64,000 nt of DNA, taken from IMG/VR virus record IMGVR_UViG_3300028829_003504, positions 186,001 through 250,000 of that record; one strand, 5' to 3'. Position 1 is the first letter of the stretch. The number at the start of each line of letters is the position of its first letter. The notes under the pieces are model-generated. The model had not been told where the DNA came from. It saw only the letters and a program-made list of their open reading frames with translations, and did not search any database. A program made the translations under genes and the position numbers. Positions 38,635 through 49,300 of the stretch are shown here, in pieces.

Positions 38635-40314
38635 ATGGCTAAAATCATTCTTCGTGAAGGTATCTTCATACCCACGAAATTTATAGATGAAGAAGAGGCC
38701 GTTGAAGCCTACACTAATCACATGTATGAGGAAAGTATTTGTAAGAATTGCGAATACAGGCATCAACGCCATTCTTCCGTATGCGACGAGTGCGAGCATG
38801 GCGGATATAAAGGTAGTATATGTACGGCCAAAGAAGTTAGGAGACAAGGCAAATCATTCTACAAGTTCCCTATCGGTGATAGGCTGAATCTTGAAAAGAA
38901 AGTAGGCATTGACTTCGAAGACTTCACAATAAAAGATTTACGTTCACAGCCTAAATTCAAGCATAAGGTTAAGTTTACAGCCGAACTTCGTGATTACCAA
39001 GAACCAGTGTTCTCTAACTGGCTAAAGTTCGGCTACGGACTTACAAAGTCTGCACCCCGCACAGGCAAAACCGTTATGGGAACTGCCGGAGGTATTGCCC
39101 TAGGATGTAGAGTACTGATAGTAGCCGATCAGAAAGACTTCTTAGATGGTTTCTACGAGACTATCATGGGTGGTGATAACAATCCTCCTATGACTAACTT
39201 ACCTGAGCTTGAAGAGAAAGCAGGTAAACCTCTTTGCGGCTTTCTCAAGAAAGAATCAGACTTCAAGAACTTTGAGATAGGCCTATGTACTATTCAGAGT
39301 TTCTATGCAGGTACTTCGGGCGCTAAACGAGTTAAGTGGGCGAATGAAAACTTCGGTACGTTAATTATAGATGAAGTACACCGCGGTAATGCCAGTGAGT
39401 TCTCCCGTACTATATCAAAGTTAGCCATGCGTTATAAGTTTGGGCTTACGGCCACACCTAAACGTAAAGATCGTAAGGAGTTTTTAATTGAACAATTAGT
39501 AGGTCCTGTCACCGCTGAGACTTCGGTTAAAGCCATGAGTCCTAAGCTTTATATCTATGAGACTGAGGGTGTAAAGAGTAAGAGTGCTTACTCTGGTCCT
39601 GCGGGCTTCGTTTATTGTGAAAACTTTTTAAGTGGTCATGAGAAACGAAACGAACAAATTATGTCATGTGTTATGCGAGATGTCAAAGCAGGGCGAAGTG
39701 TTGTAGTAGCCTTGAAGCGTAAGAACCATATTCTTGATTTTGTAGCTGAGTTGAATCTTAGAGCAGGGAAAGAGATTGCGGCAGAGTTTGTCGGTGGTGC
39801 TAAGTCCAAGAACAGACGTAAAGATGTTGTAGGCCTCGCACGTTCAGGTAAGATTAAAGTTGTGGTCGGATACAGACCGCTACTTCAATTAGGTATTAAT
39901 ATACCTCGTTGGGACACACTATACTATTGTATGCCTATGGCGAATGAACCTAACTGGGAACAAGAGTCCAATCGAGTATGTACTCCAATGCCCGGCAAGA
40001 AGCAACCTATAGTTAGAATGTTTGTTGACCCAGACATAGGACTTAGTATTGGCTGCTTTAGAAAGACAGTCGGCTTTAGTAAAAATCTGGGACATAAGTT
40101 CAGTAAGCAGGCAATAAAGAAACTAAAAGGTCTAATGGCTGGTAGCCGTGACGCCTATAAGTTTAATGACATGTCACACATAGAACAAGGCGTTGATACT
40201 AAACTAACATACGGTAGAAAGAAACAAGGTGATGGTGATTTACCTTATGAAGGCTTAGGCGTCTCTACTAAGTCTATAGGTAATGTAGGCGGCAGACGCT
40301 TCGGGAGAAAATAA
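38635..40314 (+). CDS. SF2 DNA helicase (UvsW/XPB-like) with N-terminal zinc finger
   Basis: CKNC...CDEC, LRDYQ, PRTGKT, IIDEVH, GLTATP.R.D, GINIP. Confidence 0.88.
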   Translation: MAKIILREGIFIPTKFIDEEEAVEAYTNHMYEESICKNCEYRHQRHSSVCDECEHGGYKGSICTAKEVRRQGKSFYKFPIGDRLNLEKKVGIDFEDFTIKDLRSQPKFKHKVKFTAELRDYQEPVFSNWLKFGYGLTKSAPRTGKTVMGTAGGIALGCRVLIVADQKDFLDGFYETIMGGDNNPPMTNLPELEEKAGKPLCGFLKKESDFKNFEIGLCTIQSFYAGTSGAKRVKWANENFGTLIIDEVHRGNASEFSRTISKLAMRYKFGLTATPKRKDRKEFLIEQLVGPVTAETSVKAMSPKLYIYETEGVKSKSAYSGPAGFVYCENFLSGHEKRNEQIMSCVMRDVKAGRSVVVALKRKNHILDFVAELNLRAGKEIAAEFVGGAKSKNRRKDVVGLARSGKIKVVVGYRPLLQLGINIPRWDTLYYCMPMANEPNWEQESNRVCTPMPGKKQPIVRMFVDPDIGLSIGCFRKTVGFSKNLGHKFSKQAIKKLKGLMAGSRDAYKFNDMSHIEQGVDTKLTYGRKKQGDGDLPYEGLGVSTKSIGNVGGRRFGRK

Positions 40315-40490
40315 TGTACAGATTAATTCAAGTAGTGTGCCTAGGCCTCTCAATCGTAGCCGCAATTTTAGCTTTAGACCCGGGCATACTACCCTACCAG
40401 TTGTCTACTATTATGGGTCTAGTGACGTTCCTTCTACTAATAAATTTATTGATGGATAGATATGGCAGAAAAACAACAAAGTGGCAATGA
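40314..40490 (+). CDS. Small two-TM membrane protein (58 aa; below ORF-track cutoff)
   Basis: MYRLIQVVCLGLSIVAAILALDPGILPYQLSTIMGLVTFLLLINLLMDRYGRKTTKWQ*, TAATG coupled. Confidence 0.65.
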   Translation: MYRLIQVVCLGLSIVAAILALDPGILPYQLSTIMGLVTFLLLINLLMDRYGRKTTKWQ

Positions 40491-41124
40491 GATTGACTTA
40501 ATTAACACTAAGTTCAATTCCGATACGTTAAAGCGTATGAAGACTCACGGTCTGGATAGATCGGTACTAGGGGGACGGAATAGTTTCCGCTTGGAGGATG
40601 CTATCATAGCTTTCAAGCCTAAGTTTGAAGCTATGAAGACTTCCCAGATTTCATCAAGTAAGCAACAAACTTCACTTGAGAAGATTTTCGACAATCCTCT
40701 TAAGGGGAGCGGCTTAACTGTCATCACTAGTTATCCTACAGACACTAGGAGTAAAATGCTTGCTGCAAATATATTCGCCGCAGCTATTGAGGAGTATGAT
40801 GGTATGTCAGCCAGGTCCAAGATAGGCAAAGCATCTCCTGTATGGCATAGACTTACAGGAAGTTACCAAGACCCCTATCGTGACGGCAAAAAAGACAAAC
40901 CTTCAATGTTGATAATGTCTAACATCGTGGAGACCTCCTCACATGTTAAGTTAGAGAAGCTTAGGGACTTGCTTGAGATTTATAGTGATATACCTAGGAT
41001 AGTGGTAATGGGTAGTACAATGGACCCTGTTACTTTTATCGGCACTAAGCTGTATTGCTCAGTGGACAATGCTATTTACTTAACTGGACAGAACGTGGTA
41101 CAAAAGACCTTACTGGATTTATAA
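40462..41124 (+). CDS. Hypothetical protein, possible degenerate DnaC/IstB-like P-loop fold
   Basis: GLTVI...KMLAANI...MLIMSNI...LRDLLE.Y..IPRIVV pattern without an intact Walker A. Confidence 0.4.
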   Translation: MAEKQQSGNEIDLINTKFNSDTLKRMKTHGLDRSVLGGRNSFRLEDAIIAFKPKFEAMKTSQISSSKQQTSLEKIFDNPLKGSGLTVITSYPTDTRSKMLAANIFAAAIEEYDGMSARSKIGKASPVWHRLTGSYQDPYRDGKKDKPSMLIMSNIVETSSHVKLEKLRDLLEIYSDIPRIVVMGSTMDPVTFIGTKLYCSVDNAIYLTGQNVVQKTLLDL

Positions 41125-41184
41125 TGAATACTATATTCTATGTAGGCACTTTGATTTAAAATATAAAGCAAGGAAAAATCTCGG

Positions 41185-41340
41185 ATGGAAGTTGAATCTA
41201 TTCTTTACCAACCACATAGAACCTTAGAAGCGCTTGAGGAAGCTAGTTCTAGTTTTCAATTTGAGGACGTACATAGAACTCGTAAAGCTCGATTGAAAAG
41301 AAGTAAAGCCAGAGCTAAGCGTAAGCGAAGGAGTAGGTAA
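41185..41340 (+). CDS. Small basic protein (51 aa)
   Basis: MEVESILYQPH...RKARLKRSKARAKRKRRSR*, TAATG coupled to the next gene. Confidence 0.55.
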   Translation: MEVESILYQPHRTLEALEEASSSFQFEDVHRTRKARLKRSKARAKRKRRSR

Positions 41341-41624
41341 TGTCTAACTTTGAATACCAAGGTAAAGGGTTCTATATGGCAAGAACTCAAGCTGGTTTGA
41401 AGAAAGCTATTAAGCATGCCGTCGGTGACGATGATTTTAGGAACCTTGCTATCGAGGGTTACCCTGAGAGTTACCCTTGCTTGGTTCACATATACATTGT
41501 GTACAGAGGCTCTAGGTCAATAGTTGTTGATGCCTTACACTTCAACACTTTACGTAAGGCAATGGATGAATCAGATGCTAATCATATTGCTAATTCAGAA
41601 ATCGTAAATAACCATTTTGGCTAG
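41340..41624 (+). CDS. Hypothetical protein
   Basis: 94 aa, GGAG RBS. Confidence 0.7.
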   Translation: MSNFEYQGKGFYMARTQAGLKKAIKHAVGDDDFRNLAIEGYPESYPCLVHIYIVYRGSRSIVVDALHFNTLRKAMDESDANHIANSEIVNNHFG

Positions 41625-41649
41625 ACTCAGTAGCCGCACGGAGAAAATA

Positions 41650-42093
41650 ATGACCGGAACTTACATAGGATTGAAACCTACCAAAGAATCAAAAGACGAT
41701 ATTAAGAAATTCGCTGAAAGCTTAGGCATCAAAAATTTACTACCCTCCGACAAGTACCACGTCACCATGTTATACGCTCCTGATGACGAAATAAAGTATA
41801 CTGCTAAACCCAATCGCAAGTTTACTGCTCAGGTTACTGGAGCGGCGGTCTTAGGAGAAGGTAAATGGCAGGGTCTTGTATTGAAGATGCGGAGCGCAGA
41901 ACTACATCGACGACACATGGCTATCAAGAAACTATACGGTGAGATTCATTCATACCCTGATTTCACTCTGCATATTACGCTTAAGTATAAGCCTGATACT
42001 AAGGACATCGAAGTACTCAAAGCACAACTGCCTGGAAGTATGAAGCTATCCTTCACAGGCGAGTACGTAGAGGAGCTTAAAGGCGATGGTTAG
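41650..42093 (+). CDS. acb1: Anti-CBASS 2H phosphodiesterase, Acb1 (T4 gp57B)-like
   Basis: Two HxT motifs (YHVTMLY, LHITLKY), GTY..., LVLK..S.EL.RRH, H.Y.DF as in T4 57B. Confidence 0.8.
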   Translation: MTGTYIGLKPTKESKDDIKKFAESLGIKNLLPSDKYHVTMLYAPDDEIKYTAKPNRKFTAQVTGAAVLGEGKWQGLVLKMRSAELHRRHMAIKKLYGEIHSYPDFTLHITLKYKPDTKDIEVLKAQLPGSMKLSFTGEYVEELKGDG

Positions 42094-42116
42094 CCTAATT
42101 GCTACTAAATTTGAAA

Positions 42117-42123
42117 CTGTAAA
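42117..42123 (+). promoter_or_regulatory. CTGTAAA motif
   Basis: AAACTGTAAA in intergenic gap before ORF 42190. Confidence 0.5.
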
Positions 42124-42189
42124 TAAGTAGTATACAAGCATTCTAAGGATAACCTTAGGTACGATTAACTAAAGTAGAGAAATACCACC

Positions 42190-42594
42190 ATGCAAAAAAT
42201 TATAAGAACTGTTACTAAAAACCGATGGTTTGTTAAACGTGTCTGGGTCCCAATGACCTTCATACAGGAAGCTGAGGTATTACAAACCTCCACCGACCTC
42301 CCCTTAGCTACGTTACAGGAACCTACTTTCGAAGAAATAAGAGTAGGTTATGGACAGCGTGTTTGCTGTATGGTTGCCTTGAATCTTAAAAATCCAACAC
42401 CTGTATTAAAGTACATGACTATAGATAGAGCGGAAAGTCTGTGGATCCGAGAAGCTACTAATTTAATTATTCAAAATAATCTTGCTTCATCGGATGATGG
42501 TGCTAGTCACGATGCTATGTTGTTACTCCGACGCTACTCCCTTGAGTACACGGCTGCTGAGGCTATTAACGATTTTTATAAAGATGCCTTATAG
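42190..42594 (+). CDS. Hypothetical protein
   Basis: 134-aa ORF. Confidence 0.7.
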   Translation: MQKIIRTVTKNRWFVKRVWVPMTFIQEAEVLQTSTDLPLATLQEPTFEEIRVGYGQRVCCMVALNLKNPTPVLKYMTIDRAESLWIREATNLIIQNNLASSDDGASHDAMLLLRRYSLEYTAAEAINDFYKDAL

Positions 42595-42606
42595 GGGAAT
42601 AATATA

Positions 42607-42795
42607 ATGTTAGACGAATTGAATACCTTGTTAGAGGATAGAGACTTAGATTTACCGTTTCATAAACGCCAAGTCAGTCGCTCTGGTAATAACTTAGCTT
42701 GGTTGAAGAAACATGCCGCAAAACGCAATCAAATAAGTGTAAGGTTAAAACAGTTACTTGATATGCCAATACAACAGCTAGTTGCGCAACAATAA
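42607..42795 (+). CDS. Small hypothetical protein
   Basis: 62 aa with GGGG RBS. Confidence 0.65.
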   Translation: MLDELNTLLEDRDLDLPFHKRQVSRSGNNLAWLKKHAAKRNQISVRLKQLLDMPIQQLVAQQ

Positions 42796-42843
42796 ACAGA
42801 CGGGGGCCTACGTCCCTTAGTCTTCGATAGGAACCCTAACCCT

Positions 42844-43740
42844 ATGTTCAATATTATGAAAAATCCATTATTAATCCCTTGCACGTCCCTGGTAGTTTAC
42901 GAAGACCCTGAGACTGAGCAAAACTTACAGACTCAAATCGAGAAGATAAAGACTGACATTAACTACCTTCGGGATGCTTTGGACAAGGAGCAAGAATTCC
43001 GCGACACCATGTTCGGGGAACTTAATCCATCTTTATACGAAGAGATTGCAAAACTAGATGCCTTGACTGCAAGACATGAAGCTTACTTACACGAAGCTAA
43101 ATCCCAAGTGACGGAAGGTACCTTCCGTCCTGACTTACTGGACGATGAGGATTTTATTGGCTGTGGCTCTGATAAAGACTTTATTGAAGGAACTGGTTCT
43201 CAAGAGCCTGACTTAGGTGGTAGGGAAACAAGAAAAGCCTGTGCTCGACTGTTTAAAAAGATCAGTAACTTGTGCCACCCAGATAAGAACGGTGGGAGTA
43301 CGATACTTACTGATACATTCCATACGGCGTATGGAGCGTACAAATCCAATGACCTTGAAACTCTTGAATCCTTATGGGTTACTCTACAGGACTCTAAGTC
43401 TAAAATTAAGAGCAGGTCAAGCAAGGCTAAAGAGCGCCTATTGCTTTTACTGTCTGAGTACAAAAAGGTATATGCTTCGGTTGAGCGTGACTGGAGAGAC
43501 TTCATGCAAACGGAAGATGCCTTAATCACTTCTATTTATAGGAAGTCTGGTACAGGTCCTGCTACTGATGCTTATCGTAGAATGATACTACTAAGTATAG
43601 GGGAATTTGAAAAGGCCATTGAGAATATTCGTGCCGCTTCAAGTAACCGCAGCGTCTACGATGATATAGATACTTCTTTTCAATCCGAGGGAGATGGAGA
43701 TGGAGATGACGACTGGGATTGGGATTTGAATGAATCTTAA
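42844..43740 (+). CDS. J-domain (DnaJ-like) coiled-coil protein
   Basis: LFKKISNLCHPDK with HPD motif. Confidence 0.75.
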   Translation: MFNIMKNPLLIPCTSLVVYEDPETEQNLQTQIEKIKTDINYLRDALDKEQEFRDTMFGELNPSLYEEIAKLDALTARHEAYLHEAKSQVTEGTFRPDLLDDEDFIGCGSDKDFIEGTGSQEPDLGGRETRKACARLFKKISNLCHPDKNGGSTILTDTFHTAYGAYKSNDLETLESLWVTLQDSKSKIKSRSSKAKERLLLLLSEYKKVYASVERDWRDFMQTEDALITSIYRKSGTGPATDAYRRMILLSIGEFEKAIENIRAASSNRSVYDDIDTSFQSEGDGDGDDDWDWDLNES

Positions 43741-43793
43741 GAAGACCTACAAACAGTCTACTGTTTATTGATATATAAAATACGTACTCTAAG

Positions 43794-43819
43794 AAAGCCT
43801 GCACTTTGCGGGTTTTTTT
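43794..43819 (+). terminator. Rho-independent terminator
   Basis: AGCCTGCA-CTT-TGCGGGTT followed by T tract. Confidence 0.75.
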
Positions 43820-43914
43820 GTGTCTCCTTTCCCTCAAAACTGACCTCCCTGTGTCTTTTTGCTAATTTAACTTTATGTTTAATAGGCTAAACACATCCAA
43901 AGGAGGAAGGTATA

Positions 43915-45570
43915 ATGCCAATTGCATCACCAAACGCTTCTGCAGGCGTCTACACCCAGACTATAGATTTATCTCAGCGAGTTGCTGCGGTTTCTACTAG
44001 TATAGGTGCTATCGTCGGCGAAGCTCCAAAAGGGCCTGTACTAAAGACAACTTTAGTGACAGACCACGTAGAATATACTAGTAAGTTTGGTCACGGTACT
44101 CCAGGCAAGTTTGGATTTATGGCACAATGCGTAGACCCTTTCCTAGATGTTTCGAAACGCCTTCAAGTTGTCCGTGTAGTTAACGGTGCTTTAAGTGCAG
44201 GTGCTTATTGGACAACCGATGATCCAAATGCACATAACCCTAAGTTCGCCTTGAACAACTTCGATGACGGATCTAACAGACCTTTAGGTATTGAAGCTCC
44301 TGAAGACAACTTAGAATTTACGCCAGCTACACCGGGTGTAAGCTTAATACTGGCTGCATTTTATTCTATCGATCCAGGCAAGTGGAACAACAGTATATCT
44401 GTACGCATCCGACCTGCTAATCCTGATGGGGTTGCCTTACGTGGCAATGGGCACGATGCTAAATGGTTTTACGTCGAAGTGTTCTTAAACTACCAAGGAG
44501 GTGAATTTGAAGCTCCTTTAGAGAAGTTCCTGTGTTCTCGTGAGGAACAGGTTGACGGCGAAGGTAACCAACTATTTATCGAAGACGTTATTAATAACCC
44601 AACAAGCGGATCTAAACACATCCGTGTCCTTAATAACCCTTATTGTGAAAATCTTGATGTCGTTACAGATGCTTTCGAGCGTTTTGATGGAGGCTCTGAC
44701 GGATTAAGAGTGACACAGGACCAAATAGCTTTAGCCTGGGAGTTGTTTGAAGACATAGATTCAATTGATGTAAACATTCTTATCAATGCAGGTTATGCTA
44801 ATCCTACAGTACATCGTTCTATGGAAAGACTGGCAAGATTACGTGGTGACGCGTTTGCTGTGTTGGATATGCCATCAGATAAACAAGAGACCTCTGCCGC
44901 AAACGTATACAAGGTTAATGAACTTAACCTTGATAGCTCCTACGCAGGCTTATATACTCCTAATGTAAACGTTACGGATTCGAATAGCGGCAAGAAACTA
45001 AGTGTACCACCGTCGGGATTCATTGCGGGTGTAATGGCCTATACTGATCAACAACGGGGTGTGTGGTTTGCACCGGCAGGTATTAACCGAGGCCGCCTGA
45101 GTGTTGGAGGACTAGCCGTTCATTACGGCCAAGGTCACCGTGACTCTTTATCCGAAGTCCAAGTCAACTGCATAAGAAACATACCCGGCCAAGGTTTTGT
45201 TGTATGGGATCAGCAGACTACTCAGCGTATGGCTAGTGCTTTGCAGTGGGTTAACGTGCGCCGTTTAACAAACTACATACTTAAAGCAACAAGCTTAGCA
45301 GCACGTTACAAACTGTTTGATCCAAATGATAACCGATTGCGTACAGAATTACGTATGATGGTTGAGAAGTTCATGGATCCTATACGTACAGGACGTGGCG
45401 TATACGAGTACAAAGTTGTTTGTTCTGAGGTAAACAATACACCTGACATCATCGCCAACGGCGATTTAGTTATTGATCTATACTATACGCCTACGATTGC
45501 AGTTAAGCGTGTGCATGTCGCCTTCAACATAAACCCTACTGGTTCTCGCGTAACGGCCGACGAACTTTAA
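43915..45570 (+). CDS. Contractile tail sheath protein
   Basis: GVY...IDLS, AIVG...KGP, PG.W.N, PPSG..AG, WFAPAG.NRG, NVRRL, LFDPN. Confidence 0.92.
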   Translation: MPIASPNASAGVYTQTIDLSQRVAAVSTSIGAIVGEAPKGPVLKTTLVTDHVEYTSKFGHGTPGKFGFMAQCVDPFLDVSKRLQVVRVVNGALSAGAYWTTDDPNAHNPKFALNNFDDGSNRPLGIEAPEDNLEFTPATPGVSLILAAFYSIDPGKWNNSISVRIRPANPDGVALRGNGHDAKWFYVEVFLNYQGGEFEAPLEKFLCSREEQVDGEGNQLFIEDVINNPTSGSKHIRVLNNPYCENLDVVTDAFERFDGGSDGLRVTQDQIALAWELFEDIDSIDVNILINAGYANPTVHRSMERLARLRGDAFAVLDMPSDKQETSAANVYKVNELNLDSSYAGLYTPNVNVTDSNSGKKLSVPPSGFIAGVMAYTDQQRGVWFAPAGINRGRLSVGGLAVHYGQGHRDSLSEVQVNCIRNIPGQGFVVWDQQTTQRMASALQWVNVRRLTNYILKATSLAARYKLFDPNDNRLRTELRMMVEKFMDPIRTGRGVYEYKVVCSEVNNTPDIIANGDLVIDLYYTPTIAVKRVHVAFNINPTGSRVTADEL

Positions 45571-45589
45571 AACTAAAAAGCATTAGTAG

Positions 45590-45620
45590 TACCACTAGGG
45601 GAAGTACCTTCTAGTGGTAT
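45590..45620 (+). terminator. Hairpin after the sheath gene
   Basis: TACCACTAG...CTAGTGGTA. Confidence 0.5.
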
Positions 45621-45656
45621 CTTCGTTCAACATAAAGAAAAAGAGGTTTTAAAACT

Positions 45657-46304
45657 ATGGAACTTTTACTCCAGAGATATATAGCAGGACTTGAAGTAGT
45701 TTCTGATGCAGCTAACTTATCAGAAGAAACACCGCAGGTAATGCGTCGAACCAATACAAGCATAGGCAAAACTAGTACGTTCGTTTGTGCTTTAAAAGAA
45801 CCGTGGAATATGATTCTTCCACTAAACGTTATTTGGATTGACTTTAATCCAAATAGTTCTACTTACCGCCATGCACTAAAGCGTGTCAGTAAAGATGCCG
45901 ATGGACTTAACGCAGAGTATAATCATACTTGGGAAGTTCTTTATTACTTAGAGAATATATGGGACGAGCAGTTTTACGATACCGACGATTTATCTTCTAT
46001 AGGTAGTGGTGAGACTGCGGGTGCCGCATCTACGACAGAGATGGGAATTGTACTTATTTCACATGATGCTCCCGATGGGTCTACACCTGTAGCCGTAGTT
46101 CAGGGTGACCCGCGTTTAGACGATGCGCGTGAGCCTTTACCTCATGAACATGCAGAGATTCCTGCAACTGAATTGCAACATGCGACAGGTGTTGTCGCTA
46201 TTTCTAACGGTACTCCTGCCGTAGGCTCAGTACTTAAAGCTACTAGCTCTACAAGCGCAGGCTGGGGCAAGTTAATGGCAGCAGATATTACCGCTGCTCC
46301 TTAA
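45657..46304 (+). CDS. Tail/fibre-associated structural protein
   Basis: Paralogous to the N-terminus of the next gene; DPRLDDAREP.PHEH motif. Confidence 0.6.
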   Translation: MELLLQRYIAGLEVVSDAANLSEETPQVMRRTNTSIGKTSTFVCALKEPWNMILPLNVIWIDFNPNSSTYRHALKRVSKDADGLNAEYNHTWEVLYYLENIWDEQFYDTDDLSSIGSGETAGAASTTEMGIVLISHDAPDGSTPVAVVQGDPRLDDAREPLPHEHAEIPATELQHATGVVAISNGTPAVGSVLKATSSTSAGWGKLMAADITAAP

Positions 46305-46327
46305 TTTAATTAATTCTGTAGGAGATT

Positions 46328-49300
46328 ATGATGGCAGATGAACAGTTAAAGAGTTTCATTTCGAACTACTTGTATTTATCAGATCTACGTAATGTAGACA
46401 AGACTAATCCACTAACTTTCGAACTTGAACCAGATCACAGAACATTTTTGATGGTAAGTTCTTATGACGAACCTACTTTTTCGCAATTACCTTACAACGT
46501 ATTATGGCTTGTGTGTGACCCAGAAGACCCTTGGTATAATACAGTATATCGTCGTACTAATCATACTAACGCTGATGGTAGAAAGAGTACGTGGGAAGAA
46601 ATCACTACCTTTGATATGCTTTACGTAGTAGACCAATACTATCAAGCAATTAGTGATGCTGACCCATTTGAATTAGGTATTGAAGGTGAGTTCTCTTTAG
46701 GGCCTGCCTCAACTCTGAAAGCAGGTCTTATATTGATACCTGAAGTCCAAGGCGGCGACCCTGTTGTTGTTACTTTTGACTACCCTGGATTTTTAGGCGC
46801 CCGCACACCTAAAGAGCATACACATCCTGATAAGCCACGGACTATGGTACACATCGACGGAGAATACTCTATCGATGAAAACTATCCTGACTCTGTAGGC
46901 GATACAGACACCTTCGTTTCATTTGATTACTCTCAGCTTCCAGAAGAAGGTTCCGTGTTCTTCTTAACTGGGAATAACCCTGATCGTACGAACGAATGGT
47001 TCGGTGAGTGGCGTCTTCCCACAGAAGATGATGTAACGTACTTCATTCCTACTCTCATAGCTGTTGATGCGAGGCTAGCCTCAGGTGCAGTTGAGCTGGG
47101 TGATAACGCTACAGGTCAAGTAGAGGCCGACGGCGTATTCGATGATAACACTAGGGATATCAATCCTTCTGACATTGTTTGGACAATTGAAAATAACGCA
47201 GAAGGTATTACTATTGATCAGAGCGGTGTAATTACTATTCCTGACATAAGTTCTGATACTACTATAACCGTTAACGCTAAACTTGAGGATAAGTACCATC
47301 CTGGGACTTTCGTTAATGGACTCTTAGTTATCAATGTTAAAGACCTATTTACCCCAGTGGTTCCACAATCACTTGCAATCATAGGTAACGAGACGCAACC
47401 TGAGCAAACTACAGGCAGCTACGTGTTCCGTGTGACGTACTCCGATGGAGCAACTTCGGATATAACACCAGATACCGCTAGTAGCTCAGCACCTATTGCC
47501 ACATTTGGTATTAACGGTGACTTAACTGCAATGGACATTACTAATGACACCCCTACAGTTTTAAGTGCGTCATCAGCTATCGAAGGTATTATACTTAGTG
47601 CCTCATTACCTGTTACCATACTGGCGGAAGTAATTCCAGTTAGTTTGACCATCACAGGTCTTGCTACTGTACAGGAAGAAGGCACTTACACCTACGATTT
47701 CGTCGTTTCTTACTCTGATGGAACTACTCAGGATATATCTATGGTAGACGGCGCTACTTCTAGTGACGTTACATCAGGTATATTTAATACGGATGGTGAA
47801 TTAACTACTTTAGACATAGTTAATGATACGTCTATTGTCCTAGAAGCCTCATTTGCAGTTGACGGTATTCTACTTGATGCTTCACTAACTGTTAATATTG
47901 TTGCCGACTCAATTCCTTCGAGCATAGAGATTATAGGAGCCAGTAGCATTGACGAAGGTGAAACCGAATCTTATACATTCCAAGTTACTTATTCGGATAG
48001 CACAACTCGAATGTTAGATTTAGAGGACCTGGACTCATTCATTTCGGACAGTGTTGATTTGGTAGTCGCAGGTTCAGTTGCCTCAGTAGGTGATATTAAT
48101 GCAAATGGTTCAGCCATACTGACTGTTAGTTATACGGAGTTAGGCCATACTATTACAGATACTCACAACGTTACTTTGGTAGCAGACCCCGTCCCTCAGT
48201 CATTAGTTATACTAGGAGCCAGTAGTATTAGAGAAGGTGAAACCGAATCTTATACGTACCAAGTTACTATGACAGATGGAAGTACCAAAATGGTTACTGT
48301 ATCTGATTTAGCCTCTGATAATGCGGACTTGACAGTAGTAGGCGATGATGCCACAGTAGGTTCAATACTAGCTGATGGTGCCGCTGAACTATCCGCATCT
48401 TACACGGAAGATGGCATTACGGTTAACGCTACGCACCCTGTAGGTTTAATTGCTGCCTCAGCCCCTCAGTCATTAGCCATACTAGGAGCCAGTAGTATTG
48501 ACGAAGGTGAGACCGAATCTTATACATTCCAAGTTACCTATTCAGATGGAACTACGTCATTGGTTACAGTCTCGGACTTCGCCTCTGATAATGTAGACTT
48601 AGTTATTACGGATTCTGACGCCACTGTAGGTTCAATACTGGTTAACGGTTCAGCTGGCCTAACTGCTTCTTATACGGAAGACGGTGTTACAGTCAGTGCA
48701 TCCTTACCTGTGGATTTAGTAGCTGCGCCTGCACCTCAATCTCTGGAGATTCTAGGTTCTTCGACATCGATTGAGTCTGGTGTAGAGCTATATACGTTTA
48801 AGTTAACTTATTCAGATGGAACTACGTCTTTAGTTGATGTAACGGACTTCGCCTCTGATAATGTGGACGTTTCTATATCAGGTAATAATACGGCGACTGT
48901 GGGTTCTATTACTTCTGACGGATCGGCTATTCTATCTGCTTCTTACACGGAAGACGGTGTCACTGTTAGCGACACTCATGAATTGACCTACGTGGCTAAT
49001 GCGGCTCCTACGTCCCTTAAGATCATAGGTGCAGACACTATACAGGAAGGTGACCAAGAAACGTTTACGTTTGAAGTTACATACTCTGATGGTTCTACTT
49101 CATTAGTCTCAGTGGCTGACTTTTCTTCTGATGGAGCTGCAGGCGTAGTCTCAGATAACAGTGTGGTTACTGGTGGTGATATTGACGCAGATACTTCGGT
49201 GGTACTCTCTGCTTCTTATGAGGAGGATGGGGTCTCTGTTACGGACACACACAACCTTAATATTGAAGCATTACCTGTACCTACAAGTATGGAGATATTG

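Noticed and set aside
38509-38847. 112-aa hydrophobic minus-strand ORF
   Set aside because: Mostly antisense to the helicase 5' end; its hydrophobicity is expected from antisense of an A-rich strand.
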